Shown in pieces: positions 12,936 through 23,975 of a DNA stretch of 64,000 bases. Location of the stretch: positions 2,985 through 66,984 of the forward strand of contig RBZT01000562.1 of assembly GCA_003693705.1 (NCBI GenBank), read 5' to 3'. Source of the DNA: Polymyxa betae A26-41 (taxonomy: Eukaryota > Protista > Endomyxa: Phytomyxea). Each line of letters starts with the position of its first letter. Positions within the stretch are counted from its first letter, which is position 1. Both the position numbers and the translations under genes were made by a program. The notes under the pieces were generated by a model that was given only the letters and a program-made list of their open reading frames with translations, did no database searches and was not told the DNA's origin.

Positions 12936-14679
12936 ATGTTTCGCTCGGTCGTAGCCGCCGGCATCGTTGTCTCCATCGCCGTCTATTACCGGCGCCAGCC
13001 GCCTCCCGAGGATCAGCACGACCCCGTCCCAGTCCACGTGACGTTCGTCAACAACGTCGCCGACGACGACCTCGAGCTGTTCTGGTGGGATGCGGACGCC
13101 GCCATCGAGCGGTCGATGGCGCAGATGGGCCGCGACGGCGGCCGATTCGAATCGGAGACGTACGCGGACCATATCTGGACGTTCAGGAACCTCCAAGGCG
13201 TCCTGATCCGCAGCGTCGTGGTCGACGCCGGCGATGGGCCGCAGCGATTCGCGGCCGTCGTCGATCGCGCCCCGATGGACGAATACGCGAGGCGGACGGG
13301 ACGCCCATGGCTCAACGTCTGGCCCCGAGACCCGGTCCGATATCATATGTGGGGCGAGGGGCCCATCGGCCGGGCCGAGACCGTCGAGGTCGGGTACGGC
13401 CATTGGCTGGGCGAAGGCGGCCCCGATTGGGATGAATTGGGTGAGAAAACTCGAGTCGTTTTCGAAGAAAAAAACCCAAAAGTATTTTACGGGCACTTTT
13501 CTCAACCGCTTTTTTTCAGTGATTTTGTGTTTGATTGGTTTTGGATGAATAGAGTGAGAAAAATTCGACTCGTTTTTCGAAAAAAAAACGGAAAATTTAA
13601 GGGCAGTTTTTTCAAAAGTTTTCTTGGATGATATTATGTTTTATTCGTTTGGCTTTAGCGCAGAAGATGATGACGGTAACGATCACGACTGAGGCGGAGT
13701 CTCCGCGGCTTGTCTCACTGGCCGGGTTCATGTCGCCGGCCGAATGCGACCAGTTCATTGCCGAGGCGAACGCTCGCGGCGGCTTCCAACGCAGCCTGAC
13801 GACCGAGTATGATCATTGTCGTGGCCATCGCCCCGTCTAACGCTGCGCAGTAAAGGTATCGTAAGCGAGTCGAGGACCAGCTCGACCATCTGGCTGGATA
13901 CCGCCGAGACACCGCTCTTCGAGCACGTCTCGCGGCGCATGTTCGCCCTGATGCGCATCGATTATACGCCGGAGCGCGCACGCCGCATCACCGAATCGTT
14001 CCAGCTGCTGCATTACGGACCCAACCAGCAATACAAGGTTTATAGGGTTTTAGGGTTTGTATCGCTCCCCTTTTTGGCGTTCTTTTCGGTCATCACCGTT
14101 AATTGCTTCCTGAGAGGGCCTGACTGGCTGATTGATTGACGGTGTGATGTGGTCGTACAGCCCCATACGGATTGGTTCGACGTGGACTCGGAAGAGAACG
14201 CCCACTACCTGTCAGTGCTGAAAGGCCGTAATCGGTTCGCGACCTTCTTTCTGTATCTGAGCGATGTCGATGAGGGTGGCGGTCAGTTTATTGTTGCGGC
14301 GTGGCGCAACCTCCTCGCCTGACTCAGTTTCGTTACAGAGACAGCATTCCCTCTGGCGAAAGTAAAAACGCGTTTTTGGCAAACACCGACACATTAGGGT
14401 TTAGGGTTTCGATTAGGGTTTTGAGTATGAAGGGACCTCCGAGGAAGGCTGCCAGAAAGGCCTGCGCATGCGACCGAAGAAGGGCGACGCGATCATCTTC
14501 TATTCGATGATGCCAGGTAACGTGGGCATCGGACTGGCTCCATGTGGTAACGCTATAATGGGACAGATGGGAATCTGGATCCGCAGAGTCTCCATGCCGG
14601 CTGTCCGGTCATCCGAGGCGAGAAATACGCCGCTAATATCTGGTTCTGGGAGCCGACCCGATTCGGCCCGGATCCATAG
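12936..14679 (+). CDS. Prolyl 4-hydroxylase (2OG-Fe(II) dioxygenase) with N-terminal signal anchor and VHL-beta-like domain
   Basis: Introns 13441-13658, 13807-13850, 14038-14160, 14362-14416 and two more short ones give PRLVSLAGFMSPAECD...RTSSTIWL...HYGPNQQYKPHTDWF...NRFATFFLYLSDVDEGGETAFP...PKKGDAIIFYS...SLHAGCPVIRGEKYAANIW (HxD...H...K). The N-terminal part carries VHVTFVN...FWW...TYADHIWTFR. Confidence 0.88.
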
Positions 14680-15325
14680 TGCTATAAAACAGACCAATTC
14701 AAACCCTAACCACCGGCATGGTGGACGGCGCTCTTTACGCTAGGGCTGGGCGCAGACCCCGAGGGTCCATGAACTTCCTTCTGGGATTGATTCGCTCTTG
14801 AAGGAGATCGTTGAGATTCAACCCAGCAGAGGGCTGAAAAACCTGGTTTGGAAGGGCTGGAACCTGTTGGCCCAATCCTGCAGGGATGATCAACCTAACA
14901 CTGTTTCGATCTCATGCTGGTCACTCAGCTTCTATTTCATACTGACTATCAGATCGGACATTCGTCTATGTAAGCGTTCTGCAGCAGTATTGTTTGTTTC
15001 TGCTTTCATAGTGCTGTATTGACGCCGGTTATGTTGCATTTGCAGTATTCGGTCCTGTTGTCTGATAGGGTCCTATAAACAAATGATTTATTATGAAAAT
15101 TGTTGTGAGTTTCCTTTTTCCGGTTACAAAATCGGAATTTTTTTTATTTGTTTCAACCTTTTTTTGTTACTGCTGAGAAGCGGGCTGCTGTCCTGTGGCA
15201 ACAATTGCGCAGTTACGCAGTTTGTGTGGGACAGGTTGCGCGACCTAAATCCCGTACGGACCCCGTGCGGGCCGAATATCCATCCATCCCTTTCTGCAGA
15301 TCTGCAATCTCCCCGTCAGCCAACG

Positions 15326-18300
15326 ATGCGAAAGGTCGTGGACGCGCGCGTCCGCCAGCTGATCGAGAACGGCGTCGCCCAGCGCCACCGCTCCATGTTC
15401 GTGATGGTGGGCGACAAAGGCCGTGATCAGATCGTCAATCTGCACTATATGCTGACCAAGGCCCAGACCGGCAAAACCAAACCCAAAGTCCTCTGGGCCT
15501 ATAAAAAGGATCTCGGATTCGCCTCGCACCAACAGAAACGCTCCAAGCAAATCAAGCGCGAGGTCACGAAAACCGTGGAGTAGTACGACTGTGCGGCTGA
15601 TTGCTCTGTTTTAGATTAAGCGTGGAGTTCGCGATCCGGACGCGCACGATCCGTTCGAGCTGTTTCTGACGTCGACGGAGATTCGGTTCTGTTACTATAA
15701 AGATTCGCACAAGATTCTCGGGAAGACGTTCCAGATCTGCGTCCTGCAGGATTTCGAGGCGCTGACGCCGAACCTGCTGGCCCGGACCGTGGAGACCGTC
15801 GAGGGTGGCGGACTTGTGATCCTGTTGCTGAAGACGATGACGTCGCTGCGAGCGATGTTCGCGATGGCCATGGACGTGCACTCGAGGTTCCGTACCGAGG
15901 CCCATACGGATGTGGTGCCCCGTTTCAACGAACGCTTCATCCTGTCGCTGGCCCAGTGCCAGCAGTGCCTCGTCGTCGACGATGAACTCAACATCCTGCC
16001 GTTGTCGTCGCATGCCCGATCCATGACCAAGGCGACCCCCGGGTCCCTCGATATCGACCAGGAGCTCGTCGACCTCCAGGTACACACTGAGTTTTACGTT
16101 ACACTTTGTTTACGTTACACTCTGTTTACGTTACACGTTTACGTTACTCATGTTGTGGTAGCGATCGTTATCGGGCGTGCATCCGGCCTGTGAGATGGTG
16201 GGGATGTGCAAGACGCTGGACCAGGCCCAGTCTCTGATGCAGCTGATCAACTGTATCCAGGAGGCTGATACCAAGTCTGTGGTGTCGCTGACCGCCGGTC
16301 GTGGTCGTGGGAAGTCCGCCTGTCTCGGGTTGGCGATCGCCTCAGCGATCAGCTGCGGCCTCAGCAACATCTTCATCTGCGCGCCGTCCGCCGAAAACCT
16401 CGGCACCGTCTTCGATTTCGTCTTCAAAGGATTCGACGCCCTCGACTACGCCGAGCACGTCGACTACGAGATTCTGCGATCCAAGACGACGGGCGACGTC
16501 GTCAAGGTCAATGTCCATCGCGAGAACCGCCGCCAGACCATTCAGTTCATTCACGCCAAACACTCCGACAAACTCCTCAACTGTGAGCTCCTGCTGATCG
16601 ACGAGGCCGCTGCCATCCCGCTCGTACTAGTCCGAGACTTGATGGGCCCGTACGTCACGGTCTTGTCGTCCACCATCAACGGATACGAAGGCACTGGTCG
16701 CTCTCTATCCCTGAAACTGTTCGCCGGATTGCGGAAACAGCGCCAGGGCGCGCCCTTCGTCGAGCTGGCCCTCGAGCAGCCCATCCGATACGGGGGTGGG
16801 GACCCGGTCGAGTCGTGGTTGAATCGCGTCCTGTGTCTCGACTGTCAGCCGGCCCCGATTACGAGCGCGGCCCCGCACCCGTCCACGTGTCAACTGTTCT
16901 ACGTGAATCGCGACACGTTGTTCTCGCACCATGCGCAGTCCGAGACGTTCCTGCAGCGACTCATGGCGCTGTTCGTCACGTCGCACTACAAGAACACGCC
17001 CAACGATCTGCAGATGATGTCGGACGCGCCCGCCCATCACCTCTTCGTCCTGCTGGGACCGGATCCGGCGCCGATGCCCGACGTCCTGGCCGTCGTCCAG
17101 ATCGCCTTGGAAGGGAACTTGAAGGCGTCGTCGGTGGCCACGAATCAGTCGCGTGCGGCCCAGCCGAGCGGCGATCTGATTCCGTGGACGATCTCGCAGC
17201 AGTTCCAGGACAACGAGTTCGCCGCTTTGCGAGGCGCGCGTGTCGTCCGTGTTGCCGTGCACCCCAATCTGCAACGAATGGGATACGGGACTCGGGCTCT
17301 TGCTCTGCTTAAAACCTATTTCTCCGGACAGATGGTGGGCGTGTACGACGACCCGGTGGATATGGCGTCGCCGGCGGCCGTCGCTGCCACCGGTGATCTG
17401 CTTACCGAGGTGATCGCACCGCGATCCGGCTTACCGCCGATTCTGACGGCGTTGGATGAGCGTCCTGCCGAGCACGTCGACTATGTCGGGACGTCATTCG
17501 GCCTGTCGCAATCGCTGATGAACTTCTGGGTGAAGGCCGCCTTCGAGCCTGTCTATCTGCGCCAGACGCAGAACGAGATCACTGGAGAGCATTCCATCAT
17601 CATGCTGTCGGCGCTGGGCGACAACCGCGCCTGGCTCCCGAATTACGTCGCCGATTTCCGCCGCCGATTCATCCACCTGCTGCCGATGTCATTCCCATCG
17701 ATGCCGGTCCAGCTGGCGTTGGCGATTGTGGCGCCGTCGTCGGCCGTCATCTCCGGCGCTGCCCGCGCGCCTGCTGAAGATACCAAGACCATCACCGTCA
17801 ACGAACTGCGAACGATGTTCTCCGAGTACGACCTGCGTCGTCTGGAGGCGTATTCCCGCTCGATGGTTGATTATCATCTGGTGTTGGATTTGGTCCCGTC
17901 GATTGTGCGCCTGATGTTCCAAGATCGGCTGGGCGTGGCGGTTCGCACTAGCTTCACGCAGGCAGCTCTGGCCATCGGGCTCGGCCTGCAGTTCAAATCT
18001 GTGGATCAGCTGCATCAGGAGCTGCAGATTGAGCCGAATCAGGTCCTGGCGTTGTTCAATAAGCTGATTCGGAAAGTGGTGGCGATGTTCCGGTCGTTGG
18101 AAGAGGAGGATGTTCGCAAGACAATGCACGCTTCCGGAGAGCTGAAGTTCACAGCGCTGGGACAGAATCTTGATAAGGAGATGAGCGAAGCTGCTCGCGA
18201 GACCCAGAAAAAATTGGCGGAGAAGCAGAAGGCTCTGCTGAGCAGCTCGGATTTAAAAGAGTACGCGATCACACAGACCAATGATCAATGGGCGGCCGCG

Positions 18301-18453
18301 CTGCCGACTGGTGGTGATGCTGTCCCATCGTCGATCGCATTGCCTTCGACGAAGAGGCGAAAACCTGACGAGACTGTTGCCCAGACAAAATCGAAAAGTA
18401 AAGATAAGAAAAGCAAAAAGTCGACTTTCAAGAAATCGAAACAACGTCAATAA
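15326..18453 (+). CDS. NAT10: RNA cytidine acetyltransferase NAT10/Kre33
   Basis: MRKVVDARVRQLIENGVAQRHRSMFV; QDFEALTPNLLARTVETVEGGG; TAGRGRGKSA; IDEAAAIP; SSTINGYEGTGRSLSLKL; SHYKNTPNDLQMMSDAPAH; two introns. Confidence 0.97.
16091..16149 (+). repeat. Four-copy GTTTACGTTACAC-type minisatellite in NAT10 intron 16080-16161
   Basis: Read directly from the sequence. Confidence 0.85.
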
Positions 18454-18488
18454 ACTGTCTAATGTATGAAATTATGCTATTTTTCAGG

Positions 18489-20258
18489 TTACAGTATAAC
18501 CACGATGGCAGTTATATTATCTTGACTGCCCCTATCGTAAGCCAGTTGAGTCAACGCTTCTGAGGCACGCTGAGCCCTGCCGTTTTCCGTTTCGTGCACG
18601 AATTTGGCGACGAATTCAGCGGCTTCCTGATCTGACAGTACGTCCCAGACACCATCGCATGCAATGATTACAGCGACGTCGTCATTCTCCAATGCGGTTC
18701 TGCCTGGACCCAGATCAGAACATTGCCAGCATCGATCGTTGATCTTACTAATATACGGTTCGACAGAGACTGAAGGTTTCAGATGATGGTCACCAAATGC
18801 TCGCGATACAGCCTGTTTGGATCAAAGAGCAATCAGAATTTGCCAAAAAATCATTCACATCCTCCATAATTTAAATACAAAAGGTTATAAAGAGAGTAAC
18901 GATTAGAGATTCCAACAAACTTCCCAACGAAAATTTGCAACAGTTTCATTGGGGGAAAACGGGGGGAAAGGCTTAATACTGGCTAAACTGCCCAATCTTT
19001 ACGACAATGTTAGAAATGAATAGAAATGAAACCCTGCCAAAAAGCTTTCAAAACAAAACTGGGCCGTGGCTTCTTACAAGTACGCCGTTGACACGGCCTC
19101 CAATAACAAACCCGCCAGCTTTGTTGACGCGCTCCATCTCAGTCGTAGAGTTCGGTTTATGATCAAACGATATCCGAGAGCTATATACCTACAATCACTT
19201 CAGCGATGCATCAAACTGCAAAATCCAACGCACGTTGTTCGAAGCCTTGACCAGAACGGATCGCGCATCGCCGACGTTGGCGCTATAAAGCACACGCTGG
19301 CCGGATTCTTGATGAATGAGACAAACGGCCACTGTGGCTCCTTAACATTCTTAAGTTTATCTGTCGGCTTTCCTTTGAGGTGCTTACCAGATTCCAAAAT
19401 TGACCGTCTTCTCATTTGAGCATCGGTGACCTGAACATAAAATAAGAGTGTGAATCAAACAGGACTAGCGATCCCATACGAAGAACGCCGACTCAATTCG
19501 ATCGTTGATGGACAAGTTCGGGTTGGGGTCTGAAAGCGCACGTTCGAGGTTCTTCTATGAATTCAGCAACATCAAACAGGAGCTGAGAGCAGTTTACAAT
19601 AGGAAAGCTTCGAACGCAGAACTCGGCAGCTCCACGACCACCATGACCATCAAAACAACAGAAAAGCCCCTAGACGAGCTTTAAAAAAAGTGTCATTCAA
19701 GAAAGGTCGTCTCTCATACACTAGATTTTTGGTGCCCGAACGAATCGATTAGCAGGTAATCGTCTTCCATATGCGGTCGACGACCTTGTAATTCAAAGCA
19801 TCCGGCGTCTTTAACAGAGGTCCACCTTGTTTTAATTAGCAGTCAGCGTCAATAGAATATTGCTATTTTCACCTATGATCAACCGGAAGTCGTTCAATAT
19901 CCCAGAATTCATTCTGCAGCTGCTTCTTAGAAGTCAGAACAGCTATTCTCGCCTGCCTCATTCGAATCACGAAATCCTGAACGCCTTCAGCGTTTTCGCT
20001 GACGGCAATGAAATCGTCGTCGTTCGGATCGATGCTAAATCCAGCTGCATCCAGCAACGATAGCGAATGCCTCAAATGTCCAATTCGTTCCTTGAAGTTG
20101 ATATTTGATAGACGAATGCGATAGTATCTCGGATTATCCGGGTGATCGATGAGATTATTGATATAGATGAGGGCGGTGTCCAGGCCCTCGATCACGTCAA
20201 TGGGATTGTTGCCCGGGTCGGATCGCATCTGGCCGAGGCATGCCTCGACCGTTGCCAT
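18489..20258 (-). CDS. PP2C/PPM phosphatase with an N-terminal PUB (PUG) domain, multi-exon
   Basis: N-terminal YINNLIDHPDNPRYYRIRLSNINFKERI...LLDAAGF (PUB). PP2C motifs QGRRPHMED, FDGHGG, ANVGDAR, DHKP, LAVSRAFGD, ACDGVWD, GSQDNIT. Confidence 0.88.
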
Positions 20259-20746
20259 CACACAATCGCAAGCTGAATGATGACGGCACCATCAACCGTC
20301 ACAGGACGATCGAGAGAGAATCTCAATGGGAGAGGCGATTGGTAACGTCAGAGGGTCCCTCTATGAGACTCTTATGACCCATCGGGCTCAGTACGGAGCG
20401 GCCTCGTCTATATTTGATGATTTGATTTAAAAAGGCGATGAGATGCTGGGGTCACTTGATGGCCCCATCAGCAGGTTGACACATGGGGCGGCCTCGTTAA
20501 GAAGGGGGTGATGGGGTCGCTGGTGTGATATCTGTCGCTCTTCTACTTAATTGTTCGGGATTGGCTTTTGTAACTTGCTCGCGTCAAATTTTTCACTGGG
20601 CAGAAGTAGTTTTCATGATTCATGAATGAGATACGGATCCTGTTTCGCTGTTTTTCGCAATTTTGGAATCGTCTTCGAGTTACTGCATTGTGTGACAGGT
20701 TACGCCATTGATGCATAATGTATAAAAGTGAGAAGAGAGCAGGAGT

Positions 20747-20934
20747 ATATAGGCCTCTAAGCTGAGAGCCTGGTCGACACATTGAGGTTTACGATTGGCG
20801 GCTAACGCCAACCGGTGGGAAAATTATTCAATCTGTTGGTGTGATCGGCGAGACCTCAAGACTCCATGGCGGTTGCCGAAGCGAGATTGCCAACGCAAGT
20901 TGCTGAGGTCGAGCCAGACGAAGCCGTATTTTTT
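20747..20934 (+). ncRNA. Candidate structured ncRNA of unknown family (possible Pol III transcript)
   Basis: TATAAAAG at 20721, several nested stems, and a T6 run at 20929-20934; lies in an intergenic region with no ORF on the + strand. Confidence 0.45.
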
Positions 20935-21113
20935 AAATTAGATAGAGGTATCAAACTAGCTTGAGTATCAAGCATCAAAGAGAACTGAAACGAAACGAAC
21001 TGGGTTTGAACGCAAAGCTTGTCTAAATCAGAGATGGCTCGGCAATGATACTATGGACAATTGATTAGAACTATTACAGCCACCATTATATATATTAGAC
21101 GAGGTAGTTATTA

Positions 21114-22988
21114 TTAGTCCATCGTCGTCAACGTCTGCTCCAAATCCGAAATAGTGTTCGCAACGCCTTGTGGTGCCGTACTTACGCCTAACGCAGCGCC
21201 AACACCCGGCCGGAAGTTTTGATGCTTTCCTGATCTCGGCAGTCGGAATCCAGCTGCATCTCCGCTACCACCTGCGGAATCCTTGACTGTTTCGACAAAA
21301 GAGCCAGGTATTGGAAAAATATCGTGAGCAGAACGAGAAATGAACGGGTTATGAGATGTAACAACAGGCAGCGACCTGACAGTTGGCGGCAGCGCCAGCT
21401 CTCGCCGTCTCTTCAAGACGCACCATATGGTTCCGAAAGCAATCAACACAGCAGCGGATGCAGCAACGCCAGTCGTAACGATGGCCGTGGGCATGCTGTC
21501 GCCGCTAGCTGTGGCCGAGCTTGGGCACGACGATTCGGTTAAACAGATGTAATCGCCAGACTGACAACGCATTAATGGAACGCATTCGATATTGATACTA
21601 ATGGGATTATAAGCCGCAGACAGTAAAGTTCCTTGACGAATCACGCTATCAGGATTCTTGATCTCTTCTCGAAACGATAACGCGATTTTTAGCCCATCAG
21701 CAAGAGCAGCGGGCGTCGATCCAGCCAGAATCGTGAATGTCAGAATGGAATCCGTTCGATTCTTTGCGGTGACATCTATCAGCACAAATCTTGATACACT
21801 CAGCAACAGAACCGTGCAGATGTCCCTGACGGCCAGGCGCGCGTCGACCCGGTTCAGCGACTGCGATCTGGAACTGACATCAAGCGCGAGAGCCACCTTC
21901 ACTCGATATCCGTTCTGCAACCTATTACGATCTTGAATGTCGGGTGGCGATTGCGTCGCATAGGTCGATGTATGCAAAGCAGACTCTGATGATGCCTGAA
22001 GCGCGGTGACAAGGCCAGAGGCTGCGCCTGAAGTTGAAGGTAAAGGGCTGAGGGTTGCGCCTCCTGATAATGAAGCGGTAGAGGGAGATGAGCACCAAGC
22101 GATAAGATTCATCCATTTCCGTTGGGTTGGGCAGGGGTCTCCATAGTGCTGGTTGTCCACTGGGATGCTGCAGGACTTTTGCCCGATGCAGATCGCTTCG
22201 ACGGATACCTGCGCCGAGACCGCCTCGCATTTGGGATTTCGGGTAAATTTCGGAAACAGGCCTGTTGATCGCCCATAGGACGCGAATTCGATGTTGACGA
22301 TAACTGAATCGTTGTGGGTGCACGTTAAGACCATGTTGCCATAAAACTCAAAGCTTGTTCCACCTATTAGCTGACCTTGAACATATTGCATGTTTGTCGG
22401 GTAATTATTTCCTAAGCTTCTCACTTCGTTATCGGTTAAAGCAGTGTCATAGAGAGTTGCTAGATTTAAATAGCCTTGGGCTGACGAAAGCTTCAAGGTC
22501 AAGGCGGCGTCAGTAGGTAGAGGTGGTGCAGGCGCCGACATTGTCCTGGTTTGGGATATGATTGTTGTTCCATTAGCTCGCCTCCATGCGACTTTTGCCT
22601 GGTTGTTGCTGGAATCCATTACGAATGCCATCAAAAACCAACCATCCACTGGCGGAAGTTCGCTCGTTATCGCGACCGTTTCGATGGTAGTCAATGAGGT
22701 CATATAATTAGCTGACAGATAGATGCCTTGTGATAGGAACAGCGAAAGGAATACACCTGTGCCAGTTGTTACTGATACTATAGTATGGTCGGCATTCGAG
22801 TTCAGGTTGCTGGAAGATAGCTGCAGCCAGAACGTCCACGAGAAAGTTGGGCCTCTGATCGATTGATAAACGTTGGCGGCCTGATGGATGCCTGGCGACA
22901 AAGCGGTCGCATTGGGGTATATGATATATTCGTTAGCGTTCGCTATTATTGCTAAATAGGCGGAAATCGTTACCAAATGTATAATCAT
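21114..22988 (-). CDS. Lectin-receptor family paralogue C, intronless
   Basis: 624-aa ORF: signal peptide, beta domain, SUEL (FASYGR...CIGQKSC...YGDPCPTQRKW), stalk, SEA-like region, CQSG...CP, TM. Confidence 0.85.
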   Translation of the reverse strand: MIIHLVTISAYLAIIANANEYIIYPNATALSPGIHQAANVYQSIRGPTFSWTFWLQLSSSNLNSNADHTIVSVTTGTGVFLSLFLSQGIYLSANYMTSLTTIETVAITSELPPVDGWFLMAFVMDSSNNQAKVAWRRANGTTIISQTRTMSAPAPPLPTDAALTLKLSSAQGYLNLATLYDTALTDNEVRSLGNNYPTNMQYVQGQLIGGTSFEFYGNMVLTCTHNDSVIVNIEFASYGRSTGLFPKFTRNPKCEAVSAQVSVEAICIGQKSCSIPVDNQHYGDPCPTQRKWMNLIAWCSSPSTASLSGGATLSPLPSTSGAASGLVTALQASSESALHTSTYATQSPPDIQDRNRLQNGYRVKVALALDVSSRSQSLNRVDARLAVRDICTVLLLSVSRFVLIDVTAKNRTDSILTFTILAGSTPAALADGLKIALSFREEIKNPDSVIRQGTLLSAAYNPISINIECVPLMRCQSGDYICLTESSCPSSATASGDSMPTAIVTTGVAASAAVLIAFGTIWCVLKRRRELALPPTVRSLPVVTSHNPFISRSAHDIFPIPGSFVETVKDSAGGSGDAAGFRLPRSGKHQNFRPGVGAALGVSTAPQGVANTISDLEQTLTTMD

Positions 22989-23975
22989 GACCAGGCCTCA
23001 GTGAATCGCCAACGATGCATTTTGAGATTTCCGGGATGTACGGATAAGATCAAGGCACGATTTTTTCGCCCTGGGTGCGCCTTAGGAATCCACGTGCCAA
23101 TAAGATATTGAGGATGACCAGTAATAGTTCTTCCGTATGGCTAGCATTATGCAGTTCTGCGCGTGTTTCATCCAAAATGGAATTGTGCATTTTTCTCACA
23201 TCATTATAGATTAAAAGTGGCTGTTTACATGTTCATTCTCATTGCTAATATTCGTAAACCCGATTCTGTAAAGCCACAGAATCGCATTGACAGCGAATTC
23301 TCTCGTTTTAATGCTAGATAAGAGAATATCAACAAGTAGCTTGCAACCCAGTTTCCGTCTTTTAAGCGAACTGGTCTACAGCGATTAGTGTCCACTGAAT
23401 CGAGACCGCTCAATCCATTGGTGTATATTTTCAGTTTATGGCACATGGAAAGTAGAAATATCACAATCAGACAGTCTTCTACCAAGGAAATTCAGAGTTT
23501 CCTTCATCAGTCAATTTTTCTGGAAAAGCATATCTTTTTATGACGGCCAATTCCGCAGAATGTTCATGGGTTGGCTTGGGGAATTTCGCTTCGCTTTGAA
23601 CAGTTTTTGGACTGGTTTTTCATTCTGCAATTTAAAAATTGTCCAATACTCTTTCTACGAATCGTCTGCTTTGCTGTTTCAATCTGATACGCATGAAAAG
23701 CTTCTACATCCGATGAAACCAGAAACAACACACAGATGAATTGTCTATTGCGCTACTTCTGCCATTTGTTCCCATACTTGCATTGCGATCAGCGTCTGCG
23801 GCCTCTGTCCCAAGTTCGTCGCGATTGCATCAAATTTCTCTTTACGGTCTCTCTACAGCATTTTTGAACGGGAAAGCGGGGCCCCGGAGTCAATTGACTC
23901 AGTTGGTCACCTTGACTCTACGAACACGGCCGTCTGCTGTCATCTGTATCAGCTCATTCATCATTGGTCTCTCTC

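Noticed and set aside
14700-15080. Possible tiny spliced gene or snoRNA between P4H and NAT10
   Set aside because: Splice-like signals are present, but no consistent open frame or complete C/D box pair could be built.
20751-20926. Hammerhead-like fragments (CTGAGAG...CGAAG) and a U6atac/U4-like look in the ncRNA candidate
   Set aside because: The core lacks N7 and A15.1 and no stem I can form; the U6atac ISL and the U4 pairing region and Sm site are missing.
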